A stretch of DNA of 64,000 nt, from the NCBI GenBank assembly GCA_963716255.1, contig OY970303.1, forward strand, positions 7,200,001 to 7,264,000. The letters are read 5' to 3'. Origin of the DNA: an uncultured Gemmatimonadales bacterium (GTDB taxonomy: Bacteria; Gemmatimonadota; Gemmatimonadetes; Longimicrobiales; Longimicrobiaceae). Below the pieces are notes generated by a model that did not search any database, was not told the origin of the DNA, and saw nothing but the letters and a program-made list of their open reading frames with translations. Made by a program: the position numbers and the translations under genes. The first letter of the stretch is position 1; every line of letters begins with the position of its first letter. Shown piece by piece: positions 36,332 through 47,600 of the stretch.

Positions 36332-39055
36332 TCACTCCATGCGCAGCGCCGCCATGGGGTCGATGGAGCTGGCGCGCCGCGCCGGGATCCACGACGCGAC
36401 GGAAGCGACCCCCAGCACCACCGCCCCGATCGCGGCGCCGAGGAGCGGCGGGCTCGCCAGCGGCCAGCCCAGCGCGGCGCCGGCGAGCCGCGTGGCTGCC
36501 ATGCTGAGCGGCAGCCCCAGCGCCAGGCCCAGCGCGCCCAGGGCGAGCCCCCGGACAAAGAACATCCGGACGACCTGGCCGCCCTGCGCGCCGAGCGCCG
36601 TGCGGATCCCGATCTCGTGCGTGCGCTGCCCCACGGTGAGCGACACCACGGCGTACAGCCCGATCGCGGACAGGAGCAGCGCGAGCAGCCCGCCTCCCGC
36701 CACGGCTCCGCCGGCCCGCAGGAGGGCGCGGCGGGACTCGGCTTCGCGCTGCTCCACGGTCTGCGCCCTGGTGATGGGCATCTGCGGCGCTTCGGCCGCG
36801 ACCACCCTCCGCAGCGTGCCCAGCATGGGGAGCGCGGGCCCCGCCGTGCGCGCGACCACGCCGGTGTTGATGGCCGCGTACGGCACGTATGCGCGGAGCC
36901 GGCCGCCCTCGCCGACGGGGCCCGCGGCCGGCTCGTCCACCACGCCCACCACCACCAGGGCGGGGGACCGGGAGCGCGCCGCCGCGGGCATCTCGAGCCG
37001 ACGGCCGAGCGGGTCGGCGTCGCCCCACAGCCGGCGCGCCAGGCCGCTGCCGACGATCACCCGGTCGAACGACGGGGCGCGCCCGGGGTCGGCGGAGGAT
37101 GCCTGCGCGCGCTCGGCGGCGTCGAAGTCGCGGCCGCGCACGATGGGGATGTCGAACGCGCCGAAGTAGCCCTCCGGCGCGGCCACGAGGCGCATCTCCA
37201 TGACGGGGTCGTACGCGACGCCCGCCACGCGGTCGGCGGGGTGCACGGCGAGCGGCACGGTGACCGCGCCCATCTCCATGGGCATGGCGGCGACCACGCC
37301 GGGCACCGCGGCGACGCGCTCCACGACCGCGGCGATGCGCGACGCGCGCTCCGCCGCGGACACCCGGCCGGCCCACGTGTCCAGCTCGATCTCCACGACC
37401 CGGTCGGGGGCGCCGGAGGTCGCGAGCCCGTCCGCGTCCGTGACCATGGTCGCGACCACCACGGCGAGGCCCACGAGCAGCGGCTGCGTGAGCGCGACCT
37501 GCGCGACCACGAGCGCCCGCTGCAGCCGCGACCGCGTCGCGGCCGCGCCCGACGAGCTCTTCAGCACCTCGCCCACGGAGATGCGGGTGGCGTGCAGCGC
37601 GGGCGACAGGCCGAACAGGATCCCGGTGGCGAGGGCGACCGCGCACGTCGCCGCCGTCACGCGCCAGTCCACGACCAGCCGCACGCCCTCCAGCGCCGAC
37701 CCGGCGAGGCGGATCCCGGCGGCCGTCACCCCCAGGCCGACGGCCGCGGCGGCCAGGGCCAGCAGGACGCTCTCGGTGAGGAGCTGCCGGACCAGCCGCC
37801 TGCGGGGCGCGCCCAGCGACAGGCGCACGCCGATCTCGCGGCGGCGCGCGACGGCGAGCCCCACCAGGAGCGCGCTGACGTTGGTGCAGGTGATGAGCAG
37901 GGCGAGTAGCGCGAGCCCGCCGGCCGCCGCCGCCGAGACGAGCAGGTCCGCGCGGGAGCTGACCCGGGCGTTGCTGGCGAGCATGGGCACCACGTCGGCG
38001 CTCGCCGTTTCCGCCTCCGCGGGCGCGGCGCCGCCGCGTCCGCGGCGGAGCGCGCGCTCCGCGATGCCGGCGACGACCGGCGTCGCGGCCCCCGCCGCCA
38101 CGCCCGGGCGCAGCCGGGCGGCCGCGTCCAGGAACAGGCTGTCGTGGCTGAGGAGCGCCGCCGCGGTGCGCTTCTGGAGCAGGGGGTACGCCGCGAGCGG
38201 GACCCACACCGTCGCGCCGCCGCCGCCGTCCGTGCCGTGGAAGCGCGGCGGCGCGACGCCCACGATCTCCACCGGGAAGCCGTTGACCCGGAGCGTGCGC
38301 CCGATCACGTCGCGCGTCCCGCCGAACCGCTGCCGCCACAGGGCGTGGCTGATCATCGCCGTGGGCGGCGCCGTCATCCGCGTGGCGTCCGGCTCCGCGG
38401 CGGGCGCCGTGCCGAGCTCCGGCCGGACGCCGAGGACGCCGAAGTAGTTGGACGTCGCGTAGACCAGGCTCACGGCGAGCGGCGCCGCCGCGTCGCCCGC
38501 GTCCACCAGCGCGGTCTCGGCGGCGTGCGCGGCGACGGCGCCGAACAGCTCCGTGCGGCCGGCGTACTCCTGCACCTCGGGCCACGACAGCAGGCGCGGC
38601 TGGACGTTCGCGACCCCGCTGGCGCGCAGGGTGCCGCGGATGCGAACCAGCGACCCGTCGCGCGCGATCCCCGGCGCGGGGAGCGTCGCGATGGAGTTCA
38701 GCACCGTGAACAGCACCACGTTGGTGCCGATCCCCAGCGACAGCACCACGACCATGGTGGCGGTGGACAGCGGCGCGCGGCGGAAGTGGCGGAGGGCGTA
38801 GCGGACGTCGGCCAGGGTGCTCTCGATCCAGGGGAGGCCGCGCTGCTCGCGCACGCTTTCCGCGGCCTGCGCCAGCCCGCCCGACGCGAGCAGCGCCCGG
38901 CGGCGCGCCTCCTCCGGGTGCATGCCGCGGCGGATGTTCTCCTCGGTCTCCATCTCCAGGTGCGCCTCCATCTCGGCGCGGAGGTCGTCGTCGGCGCGCC
39001 CGTGGCCCCGGAGGGCCGCGCCCACGCGGGCCAGCGCCCTGCGGACCCCTCTCAT
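36332..39055 (-). CDS. ADOP-type duplicated MacB/FtsX ABC permease
   Basis: EMEAHLE..GM.PEEARRRA prefix domain, duplicated REIGVRLSLGA / HEIGIRTALGA, C-terminal DPMAALRME. Confidence 0.88.
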   Translation of the reverse strand: MRGVRRALARVGAALRGHGRADDDLRAEMEAHLEMETEENIRRGMHPEEARRRALLASGGLAQAAESVREQRGLPWIESTLADVRYALRHFRRAPLSTATMVVVLSLGIGTNVVLFTVLNSIATLPAPGIARDGSLVRIRGTLRASGVANVQPRLLSWPEVQEYAGRTELFGAVAAHAAETALVDAGDAAAPLAVSLVYATSNYFGVLGVRPELGTAPAAEPDATRMTAPPTAMISHALWRQRFGGTRDVIGRTLRVNGFPVEIVGVAPPRFHGTDGGGGATVWVPLAAYPLLQKRTAAALLSHDSLFLDAAARLRPGVAAGAATPVVAGIAERALRRGRGGAAPAEAETASADVVPMLASNARVSSRADLLVSAAAAGGLALLALLITCTNVSALLVGLAVARRREIGVRLSLGAPRRRLVRQLLTESVLLALAAAAVGLGVTAAGIRLAGSALEGVRLVVDWRVTAATCAVALATGILFGLSPALHATRISVGEVLKSSSGAAATRSRLQRALVVAQVALTQPLLVGLAVVVATMVTDADGLATSGAPDRVVEIELDTWAGRVSAAERASRIAAVVERVAAVPGVVAAMPMEMGAVTVPLAVHPADRVAGVAYDPVMEMRLVAAPEGYFGAFDIPIVRGRDFDAAERAQASSADPGRAPSFDRVIVGSGLARRLWGDADPLGRRLEMPAAARSRSPALVVVGVVDEPAAGPVGEGGRLRAYVPYAAINTGVVARTAGPALPMLGTLRRVVAAEAPQMPITRAQTVEQREAESRRALLRAGGAVAGGGLLALLLSAIGLYAVVSLTVGQRTHEIGIRTALGAQGGQVVRMFFVRGLALGALGLALGLPLSMAATRLAGAALGWPLASPPLLGAAIGAVVLGVASVASWIPARRASSIDPMAALRME

Positions 39056-39393
39056 GCCGCCCCCGGCTTGAGCGCGAAGAAGGCGGCGATCAGCTCCGCC
39101 GTCTGCTGCCACTCCCGGGCTTCGCGCGCGAGCTGCTTCCGCCCCGCCGGGGTGAGCGAGTAGAACTTGGCGCGGCGGTTGTTCTCCGACTGCCCCCACT
39201 CCGCCGTCACGAACCCCTCCTGCTCCAGCTTGAGCAGGGCGGGGTAGAGCGTGCCGTAGTTCAGCGCCAGCCGGTTCCTGCTGGTCTCCTCGATCCGCCG
39301 CGCCACGCCGTAGCCGTGCAGCGGTCCCAGCACCTCCAGCGTCTTGAGGATCATGAGCGCGAGCGTCCCGGGCTGGACGTCCCTTTTCTCCAC
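39052..39393 (-). CDS. PadR family regulator (acidobacterial type)
   Basis: GTLALMILKTL, LHGYGVA, GTLYPALLKLE, SENNRRAKFY; stop overlaps the permease start. Confidence 0.9.
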   Translation of the reverse strand: MEKRDVQPGTLALMILKTLEVLGPLHGYGVARRIEETSRNRLALNYGTLYPALLKLEQEGFVTAEWGQSENNRRAKFYSLTPAGRKQLAREAREWQQTAELIAAFFALKPGAA

Positions 39394-39402
39394 CGTCTGC
39401 CT

Positions 39403-39467
39403 CCTATTGTTTACCCATAGGTCGAGGGCGCGACTCCGGCGCGCGGGGACGTATGGGATGCCAATAC
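39403..39467. promoter_or_regulatory. Two putative PadR operator boxes
   Basis: TATTG-ttta-CCCATA (39405-39419) and the inverted copy TATGGG-atgc-CAATA (39452-39466). Confidence 0.6.
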
Positions 39468-39519
39468 GAAGATCGCGCGGCGCGCGGCGTCGCGCAAGCG
39501 TGCCGCGTTCCCGGCGCGG

Positions 39520-40773
39520 CTACGGGCGGGGGGAGGGGGCCAGCCGGGCGTGGCTCGCCAGGACCTCGCGCAGGCGGTCGTGCGGAAGGCCGTAGATGCG
39601 CAGGCCGTCGGCCCCGGTGGTCGTGCGGGCCGCGACCATTGCGTTGGTGATCGCCTCCTCCGTGGCCTGCACCGTGGCCTGGAAGAGACCGTCCATGCGG
39701 TCGTTGGGGAGCATCGCGAGCGGCACGGTGGCGCTGTCCCGTGCGGCGCCGGGGTTGGCGGTGGAAAAGGCCAGGAAGATGTCGCCGCTCCCGTTGCCGG
39801 CGATGCTCCCCTCGCGCCCCAGGCCAAGCGCCGCGCGGCGCGCCACCCGCTTGAGCTGGTGCGGCAGGAGCGGCGCGTCCGTGGCGACGACGATGATGAT
39901 GGAGCCCAGGTCGCGGTCCTCGTCCCGCGGCGGCGCGGGGGCGGGCGCGCCGCAGCGCGGGATGCCGCGCAGGAACGGCTGGGACGGCGGCTCGGCCCTC
40001 TCGTAGCAGGGCCGCATGCCGTCGATCTCCCGGCCCACCGGCACGCCGGCGATGCGCAGGTCGTACTGGCCGCCGTAGTTGCACTGCACCAGCACCCCCA
40101 CGGTGTAGGCGCCCTGCGCCGCGGGAAGCCGCCGCGACGACGTCCCGATCCCGCCCTTGAAGTGGTTGCAGATCATCCCCGTCCCGCCGCCGACGCTCCC
40201 TTCCTCCACGGCCCCGCCCCGCGCGCCGTCGAGCGCGGCGAAGACATGCTCGGGCTTCACGTGGAAGCCGTTGATGTCGTTCAGCAGCCCGTCGAAGGTC
40301 TCGGCCACCACGGGGAGCGCCCACAGGAGGGCGGGGTTGTCGCGGAGCATCCACCGGATGGCCGCGTCCCGCACCACGCCCACGCTGTGGGTGTTGGTGA
40401 CCAGGACGGGCCCCTCCAGGAAGCCGCCCTCCTCGATCCAGGTGGTGCCCGTCATCTCCCCGTTGCCGTTCAGGGAGAACCAGGCCGCGAAGACGGGGTC
40501 CGGGGTGCGCCTGCCGCGCGGCAGGACGGCGGTGACGCCGGTGCGCACCGGCCCGCTCCCCACCACCAGCGGACCCTCGCCGGAAATCAGGGTGGTATGG
40601 CCCACCTCCACCCCCGCCACGTCTGTGATCGCGTTGTGCGGCCCCGGGGTCCCGTCGAACGGCACGCCCAGGTCGCGCGCCCGCGGCCGGGTCTGGGCCT
40701 CGATCGGGGGAGCGGGAAGGGTGGCCAGCAGGGCCGCAGCGGCCAGCAGCGAAAAGCGCAGGACGGGTCTCAA
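39520..40773 (-). CDS. DmpA/BapA-like P1 (S58) aminopeptidase with signal peptide
   Basis: RARDLG, NAITDVAGVEVGH, NGNGEMTG, GSIIIVVATDAPL, SGDIFLAFST; TTG start preceded by GGAG. Confidence 0.85.
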   Translation of the reverse strand: MRPVLRFSLLAAAALLATLPAPPIEAQTRPRARDLGVPFDGTPGPHNAITDVAGVEVGHTTLISGEGPLVVGSGPVRTGVTAVLPRGRRTPDPVFAAWFSLNGNGEMTGTTWIEEGGFLEGPVLVTNTHSVGVVRDAAIRWMLRDNPALLWALPVVAETFDGLLNDINGFHVKPEHVFAALDGARGGAVEEGSVGGGTGMICNHFKGGIGTSSRRLPAAQGAYTVGVLVQCNYGGQYDLRIAGVPVGREIDGMRPCYERAEPPSQPFLRGIPRCGAPAPAPPRDEDRDLGSIIIVVATDAPLLPHQLKRVARRAALGLGREGSIAGNGSGDIFLAFSTANPGAARDSATVPLAMLPNDRMDGLFQATVQATEEAITNAMVAARTTTGADGLRIYGLPHDRLREVLASHARLAPSPRP

Positions 40774-40826
40774 GCGGGCTCCATGTCCGGGGGGTCGGCG
40801 GAGTGTGCTGCGGACGGACGGCCGGT

Positions 40827-42191
40827 CTACGCGCCTTCGGCGCGGGCCAGGGCGCGGTCCAGGACGTCCACCGCGAAGTCGGCGTCCTCCGCGGTGATGC
40901 ACAGGGGCGGCTTGATCCGGAGCACGTTGCCGTCGAGCCCGCCCTTGCCCAGGAGGACGCCCATCCGCCGCGCGTGCTCCAGCACCTGGAGCGTTTCTGC
41001 CGTGGCGGGCGTCCGGGCCTCCCGGTCGCGGACCAGCTCCACCCCCAGCATCAACCCCATCCCGCGGACGTCCCCCACCAGGGGGTGCCGCTCCTGAAGC
41101 CTGCGGAGCCCCGCCAGGAGGCGGCCGCCCACCACCCGGGCGTTCTCCTGCAGCCCGTCCTCGTCGATGGTTTCCAGCACCGCGAGCCCGGCCGCCATGG
41201 AGACCGGGTTCCCGCCGTAGGTGTTGAAGTGGATGCGCTGCGCGAGCGTCGCCGCGATCTCGCGGCGGGTGGTGACCGCGGCCAGCGGCGTCCCGTTGCC
41301 GATCCCCTTGGCCATGGTGACGATGTCGGGGACCACGCCGAAGTTCTGGAAGCCCCAGTAGTGCTCGCCGGTCCTGCCGAACCCCGTCTGGACCTCGTCC
41401 GCGATGCACAGCCCGCCGTGCTCCCGCGCGATCCGGTACGCCTCCCCGAAGTAGCCGGCCGCGCCGTGCGTGGCCCCGCCCACCCCCTGGATGGGCTCGG
41501 CGATGAACGCGGCGATCCTGCCCGGCGTGGAGTAGCGGATCGTTTCCCGCACCTCCTCCGCGCTCCTGCGGGCGACCTCCTCCGGCGTTCCCGCGTAGTG
41601 GCTGCGGTACGGGTCGGGGCACACCACGTGGTGGACGCCGGCGCCCTGCTGCGTGGGAAACTTCCAGGTGTGCAGCGAGGTCAGCCCCATGGCCGAGGGC
41701 GAGCCCCCGTGGTAGGCGTTGCGCACGGCGATCACGTCGTTGTTCCCCGTGTACAGCCGGGCCATGGCGACGGCGAGGTCGTTGGCCTCGCTCCCGCTGT
41801 TGACGAAGTAGGTGACGTCCAGCCCCGGGGGCAGCCTGGCGGCGAGCTCCCGGGCGAGCGCGCCCATGCCGGGGTGCAGGTAGATGGTGGTGGCGTGCTG
41901 CAGCGTCGCGGCCTGCTCCTGGATCCGCGCGACCACCCGGGGGTGGCAGTGGCCGCAGGATACGGTCACGATCCCGGCGAACAGGTCCAGGTAACGGCGG
42001 CCGGTCTCGTCGAAGAGGTACTGCATCTTCCCCTCGACGATCAGCAGCGGCTCCCGGTACAGGGTGAACAGGGCGGGATTGCAGAACTCCAGCCGCGCCG
42101 CGAGCACTTCCTCCCGCGACGGCCCCCGGTACGGGCGGGGGGTGTGGTCGAAGGGGGGCATCTCGACCGGGGCGGTCGTCGTCTCGGGCAT
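40827..42191 (-). CDS. Class III PLP aminotransferase (AGXT2/beta-alanine-pyruvate type)
   Basis: [46 protein letters not shown]. Confidence 0.88.
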   Translation of the reverse strand: MPETTTAPVEMPPFDHTPRPYRGPSREEVLAARLEFCNPALFTLYREPLLIVEGKMQYLFDETGRRYLDLFAGIVTVSCGHCHPRVVARIQEQAATLQHATTIYLHPGMGALARELAARLPPGLDVTYFVNSGSEANDLAVAMARLYTGNNDVIAVRNAYHGGSPSAMGLTSLHTWKFPTQQGAGVHHVVCPDPYRSHYAGTPEEVARRSAEEVRETIRYSTPGRIAAFIAEPIQGVGGATHGAAGYFGEAYRIAREHGGLCIADEVQTGFGRTGEHYWGFQNFGVVPDIVTMAKGIGNGTPLAAVTTRREIAATLAQRIHFNTYGGNPVSMAAGLAVLETIDEDGLQENARVVGGRLLAGLRRLQERHPLVGDVRGMGLMLGVELVRDREARTPATAETLQVLEHARRMGVLLGKGGLDGNVLRIKPPLCITAEDADFAVDVLDRALARAEGA

Positions 42192-42220
42192 GGGACACCT
42201 GGGATGGGAGGATCGCCTCG

Positions 42221-42246
42221 CCCCGGGGATCGGCCGATCCCCGGGG
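42221..42246. repeat. Perfect 26-bp intergenic palindrome
   Basis: CCCCGGGGATCGG|CCGATCCCCGGGG between mmsA and the aminotransferase gene. Confidence 0.85.
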
Positions 42247-42276
42247 GCGCCGGGCGCGGGAGCCGGCCGGCCCGGC

Positions 42277-43785
42277 CTACGACATCCAGCTGGTGCCGGC
42301 CTCCCGGTTCCACTTGGTGGTGGTCTTTTTCGAGCGGGTCCAGAACTCGATGGAGCTCCGCCCGGTGAGGTCGCCCACCCCGAACCGGGACTCGTTCCAC
42401 CCGCCGAACCCGAAGGGCTCGCGCGGCACGGGCACGCCCACGTTGACCCCCACCATCCCGGCGCCGACGCGCTCCGCGACGTAGCGGGCGACGCCGCCGC
42501 TCTCGGTGAACACCGAGGCGGCGTTGCCGTACGGGGAGCGGTTCTCGATCTCCAGCGCGCGGTCCACGTCCGGGGCGCGGACGATCGCCAGCACGGGGCC
42601 GAAGACCTCCTCCCGCGCGATCCGCATCTCCGGCGTCACGTGGTCGATCACGGTGGGCCCCACGTAGAACCCGCCCTCGCGGCCCGGGACCACGGTGCCG
42701 CGCCCGTCCAGGAGGACCCGCGCCCCCGCCGCCTCCGCCTCCGTGACGAAGCCCTCGATCCGCTCCCTGGCCTCGCGGGAGATCACCGGGCCCAGCGTCG
42801 CCCCGGGAACTGCGGCGCGGGCGTGCTCCACCATCCGCGCGATGATGGCGTCGGTGTGCGCCACCGCCACCAGCACCGACGCCGCCATGCAGCGCTGGCC
42901 CGTGCACCCGGCCATGGAGGCGGCGATGTTGCTGGAGGCCATCTCCGGGTCGGCGTCGGGCATCAGGATGATGTGGTTCTTGGCGCCTCCCAGCGCGAGC
43001 ACGCGCTTCAGGTGCGAGGTGCCGCGCCGGTAGACGGCCTGCGCGACGCGGGTTGAGCCCACGAAGCTCACCGCCTCGATCCCCGGGTGGTCGCAGATGG
43101 CCTCGACCACCTCCCGCGCGCCGTTGACCACGTTGAAGACGCCCGCCGGGAGCCCCGCCTGCGCGAGCAGTTCCGCGATTCGCCCCGCCGAGAGCGGCAC
43201 CAGCTCGGACGGCTTGAGGACCATGCAGTTCCCCAGCGCCAGGGCGTTGGGGAGGGTCCAGTGGGGCACCATGCTGGGGAAGTTGAAGGGCACGATGGAC
43301 GCGACCACCCCCAGCGGGTACCGGTCGACCCGGCACTCCACGCCCTGGCTCACCTCCATGATCTCGCCGGCCGTGATCTGCGGGAGGGAGCAGGCGAACT
43401 CCGTCAGCTCGATGGCCTTGAGCACCTCCGCCCTGGCCTCGGACTCCACCTTGCCGTGTTCCCGGACGATCAGCCCGCTCAGCTCGTCCAGGTTCTGCTC
43501 CAGCAGCGTCCGGTAGCGGTAGAACACCTGCACCCGCTCCTTGAGCGGCGTGGCCGCCCAGCCGGGGAAGGCTTCCCGCGCCGCGCGCACCGCGGAATCG
43601 ACCGCCGCCGCGGAGGACAGCGGGACCCTGGAAAGGACGCTGCCGGTGCCGGGGTCGTGCACGTCCACCAGCGGCCCGTCCCCCGCCACGAACCGCCCGC
43701 CTACGTAGTTGCGGACGTCGGGATACGGGGCGTCCCGGCCGGGGGGAGAGGACGGGCTTCGCGCGCCGGAGAGCGTGGCTTCCAT
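42277..43785 (-). CDS. mmsA: CoA-acylating (methyl)malonate-semialdehyde dehydrogenase
   Basis: [45 protein letters not shown] at 43785. Confidence 0.9.
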   Translation of the reverse strand: MEATLSGARSPSSPPGRDAPYPDVRNYVGGRFVAGDGPLVDVHDPGTGSVLSRVPLSSAAAVDSAVRAAREAFPGWAATPLKERVQVFYRYRTLLEQNLDELSGLIVREHGKVESEARAEVLKAIELTEFACSLPQITAGEIMEVSQGVECRVDRYPLGVVASIVPFNFPSMVPHWTLPNALALGNCMVLKPSELVPLSAGRIAELLAQAGLPAGVFNVVNGAREVVEAICDHPGIEAVSFVGSTRVAQAVYRRGTSHLKRVLALGGAKNHIILMPDADPEMASSNIAASMAGCTGQRCMAASVLVAVAHTDAIIARMVEHARAAVPGATLGPVISREARERIEGFVTEAEAAGARVLLDGRGTVVPGREGGFYVGPTVIDHVTPEMRIAREEVFGPVLAIVRAPDVDRALEIENRSPYGNAASVFTESGGVARYVAERVGAGMVGVNVGVPVPREPFGFGGWNESRFGVGDLTGRSSIEFWTRSKKTTTKWNREAGTSWMS

Positions 43786-43857
43786 GAGACGCCTGGTGCC
43801 GGGAGGGGGCCGCCGGACCGCGCGGCGGGGGCCGCGGACGTGCCTGGCGATGATGAC

Positions 43858-43872
43858 TGTATCCAGTATACA
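43858..43872. promoter_or_regulatory. Palindromic operator overlapping a -10-like box for mmsA
   Basis: TGTAT-ccagt-ATACA; the minus strand reads TATACT at 43870-43865. Confidence 0.5.
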
Positions 43873-44211
43873 AGGCACCGGGATGCCTGGCGAGCGAGGG
43901 GTTCCGGGAGCGCGTTCCACGCCGGGGTCGCCGCCCGCCACGCACCGGTCGCTGCCGCGGGCAATCGCCGGGACCGCGGAGTGGGCGGCCGAATGACGAA
44001 ATGACCGTTATTGACCTCGCGCGCAGGTATTGACCTCGTAGTGCAGAACCCCCGCCGGAGCCGGCTCCTGGCTCCCGCCTCGCGGGCTCCGGCCGGGTTT
44101 CGCTCCGGTCCGGGCCCGACGGCCCAAGACTTTGCGCTCTTTCGTGTTACCGGATCCTCTCGCCGGCCGTCGGAGGACGGCCGGGGCATGCGTTTCGAGC
44201 CCGGGTCGAGC

Positions 44212-44239
44212 TTGACTAAAACCCCCGTTGGCGTATACT
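44212..44239 (+). promoter_or_regulatory. Putative sigma70 promoter for the NRPS
   Basis: TTGACT-N16-TATACT in a very GC-rich background. Confidence 0.6.
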
Positions 44240-44640
44240 CAGGGTGAGATACGCGACATCTTTTTCGCGCGCATTTCAAGTCTCGAACTGACAGGATTCG
44301 AGGCCTGGCCGGAGGTGCGTGCGCTCGGTGAGGTCGGCTCGGCGGCTGCGCGGCCGGCTTCGACACGGCGGCCCGTGACCGCCGTTCCTTTCCACCCCTC
44401 CCGCGAAGCGTCTCACTTCCGGCGGCGCCCGCGGTTCCGCCCGGATCGCCGCGGGTCGAACCGGCGCCGAGATCCCGGTGCCCTCCGCACGGAGAGCACC
44501 CGGCGGATCCGTGCGTGCTTTCCCGACGATGTCGGCCGCGTGGCGGCGGCGTGCTCCTCCGTGGCGCGCGCCGGCGCCACCCACGAAGGAGCCGCGGTCC
44601 GCCCCTTCCGGCCGTCTTTCCCTAGCTGGTCTCCGCTTTG

Positions 44641-47600
44641 ATGCTGAATCCGCACGACGCTTCCTCGCTCGTCGAGCTCCTCCGCCTCCGCGCGGGCGCA
44701 GACCCGGACCGGATCGCCTACACCTTCTTGCTGAACGGCGAGGCGGAGGAGGGGCACGTCACCTACGGCCAGCTGGACCTGCGCGCCCGCGCGGTCGCGG
44801 CCCGCCTCCAGGCGCTCGGCGCGCGCGGGGAGCGGGCGCTCCTGCTCTACCCGCCGGGGCTGGAGTACATCGCCGCCCTCTTCGGCTGCTTCTACGCCGG
44901 GGTGACCGCGGTGCCCGCCTACCCGCCGCGCCCCAACAAGGCGGACCCGCGCCTGCGGAGCATCGTGGCCGACTGCCAGCCCACGCTGGCGCTCGCCACG
45001 CGCGAGCTGCTGGGCGAGGCGGAGCGGCTGTTCGCCCACACGCCGGAGCTGGGTGGGCTGCGCTGGCTGGCAACCGAGGACGTCCCCGCGGCGGAGGCCG
45101 ACTCGTGGGCCGAACCGGAGGTCGGCGGCGAGACGCTGGCCTTCCTCCAGTATACCTCGGGCTCCACGGCCGCGCCCAAGGGCGTGATGGTCAGTCACGG
45201 CAACCTCCTCCACAACTTCGCCGTCATCGAGGGCTTCTGCGGCTATACGCCTGAGACGCGCTCGGTCATCTGGCTGCCTCCATACCACGACATGGGGCTG
45301 ATCGGCGGCATCCTCCAGCCGCTGTTCACCGGCTACTGGGCGGCGCTCTTCTCGCCGGTGGCGTTCATCCAGCGACCGGCGCGCTGGCTGGAGGCCATCT
45401 CGCGCTACCGGGCCACCAGCAGCGGCGGGCCCAACTTCGCCTACGACCTGTGCGTCCACTCCATGCGCCCCGAGGAGCGTGCGGGGCTGGACCTGAGCCA
45501 CTGGGAGATCGCCTTCAACGGGGCCGAGCCGGTGCGTGCGGAGACGCTGCGCGCCTTCGGCGAAGCGTTCGCGCCGAGCGGGTTCCGCGAGCGGGCGTTC
45601 TTTGCGTGCTACGGGCTGGCCGAGGCGACGCTGATGGTCACCGGCAGCCAGCCGTCGGAGCCGCCGGTGGTGCGTGCCGTCGATGCCGGGGCGCTGGGGG
45701 AGGGGACGGTGCGCGAGGCGGAGCCGGAGGGACGCTACCGGCTGGTGGGGAGCGGGCGGAGCGCGCCGTCGCAGCGGGTGATCATCGTGGACCCGGCGAC
45801 GCTGCGGGAATCTCCGTCCGACCGGGTGGGCGAGGTGTGGGTGGCGGGCGCGAGCGTGGCGAGCGGCTACTGGGCGCGGCCGGAGGCGACGGCGGAGACC
45901 TTCGGCGCGTACGAGGCGGGGACCGGCGAGGGGCCGTTCCTGCGGACCGGCGACCTGGGCTTTCTCGACGGCGGCGAGCTGTTCATCACCGGGCGTCTCA
46001 AGGACCTGATCGTCATCCGCGGGCGCAACCACTACCCGCAGGACGTCGAGCAGACCGCGAACCGCAGCCACGCGGGTCTGCGCGCGGGGAGCGGCGCGGC
46101 GTTCAGCATCGAGGAGGGCGGGGAGGAGCGGCTGGTGGTGGTGCAGGAGGTGTCGCGCCAGGCGGCGGCCGGGCTGGACGTGGAGGAGGTGGGCGAGGCG
46201 ATCCGCCGGGCGGTGGCGGGCGAGCACGGGGTGCAGGTGCACGCCGTGGCCGTGGTTCGCCCCGGCGGCATCCCCAAGACCAGCAGCGGCAAGGTCCAGC
46301 GCCGGTCGTGCCGGGCGAAGTTCCTGGCGGGGGAGCTGCCGCTGGTGGGGGTGAGCTTCCGCGAGGACAGGAGGAGCGCCGCCCCGCGCCCGGCGGCCGC
46401 CGGGATCACCCGCGAATCCCTGGAGGCGGCGGAGGCGGGGGAGCGGCAGCTCCTCCTCGAAGCGTTGCTGGTGGAGCGGGCGGCGCAGGTGCTGGGGGTG
46501 GATCCCGCCCGGGTGGACCGGGAGCAGCCGCTGGTGGCGCTGGGGATGGACTCGCTGCGGGCGATGGAGCTGAAGGGGGCGCTGGAGGCGAGCCTTGGGG
46601 CGGTGGTGCCGATCGCCGCGCTGCTGGACGACACCCGGATCGACCGCCTGGCCGCCGACCTCCTGGAAGAGATCTTCGCCGCGCCGGCCGGAGCGTCCGT
46701 GGCGGTGGCGGGGGGGGAGGCGCCGCTGTCCTTTGCGCAGGAGCGGCTGTGGTTCCTGGACCGGCTCCAGCCCGGGAGCGCGGCCTACAACCTGGCCGTG
46801 GCGCTCCGCGTGCGCGGGATCGTGGACGCCGCCGTGCTTCGGCGGAGCCTGGAGGCGACGACCCGCCGGCACGACGCGCTGCGCACCGTCTTCGCCGAGG
46901 CCGGCGGCCGGCCCGTGCAGCGGGTGGCGGCGGCCGGCGCGGTCCCGCTTCCCGCGGTCGACCTGTCCCTCCTGCGCCCGGAGGAGCGCGCCGCCGCGGC
47001 GCGGCGCGTGTCCGCGGAGGTGGCGCGGGCGCCCTTCGACCTGGAGGCGGGGCCGCTCTTCCGCGCCCGGCTGCTGCGGCTGGCCGGCGACGAGCACCTG
47101 CTGGTGCTGGCGACGCACCACATCGTCAGCGACGGCTGGTCGGCCGGGGTGCTGCTGCGCGAGGTGGGCACGCACTACACGGCGCTGCTCGCGGGGAAGT
47201 ACTCCCCCCTGCCGCCGCTCCCCACGCAGTACGCTGACTGGGCGCTCGGGCAGCGCGGGCGGCTGCGCGGCGAGGTCGCCGGGGAGCAGCTCGCCTACTG
47301 GCGCGAGCGCCTGCGCGGGGTGGCGCCGCTGGCGCTGCCCACCGACCACGCGCGCCCGCCCGTGCAGAGCTTCCGGGGGGCGACGCACCGCTTCGCGATC
47401 CCCGCGGAGGTGATGGACGGGGTGCGCGCGCTCGCCCTCCGGGAAAGGGCGACGCTCTTCATGGCGCTGCTGGCCGCGTGGGACCTCCTGCTGGCGCGCT
47501 ACAGCGGCGAGGGCGACGTGGCGGTGGGGACCACCGTCGCCAGCCGCGATCGGGCCGAGGTCGCCGGGCTGGTGGGGATGTTCGTCAACACGCTGGTGCT

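Noticed and set aside
114..44000. Many long Arg/Pro/Gly/Ala-rich overlapping ORFs and long N-terminal extensions
   Set aside because: Stop-codon scarcity at high GC; real genes were assigned by motifs and start/stop overlaps.
44228..44641. 137-aa ORF upstream of the NRPS
   Set aside because: Starts inside the predicted promoter, has Arg/Pro-rich composition and no motif.
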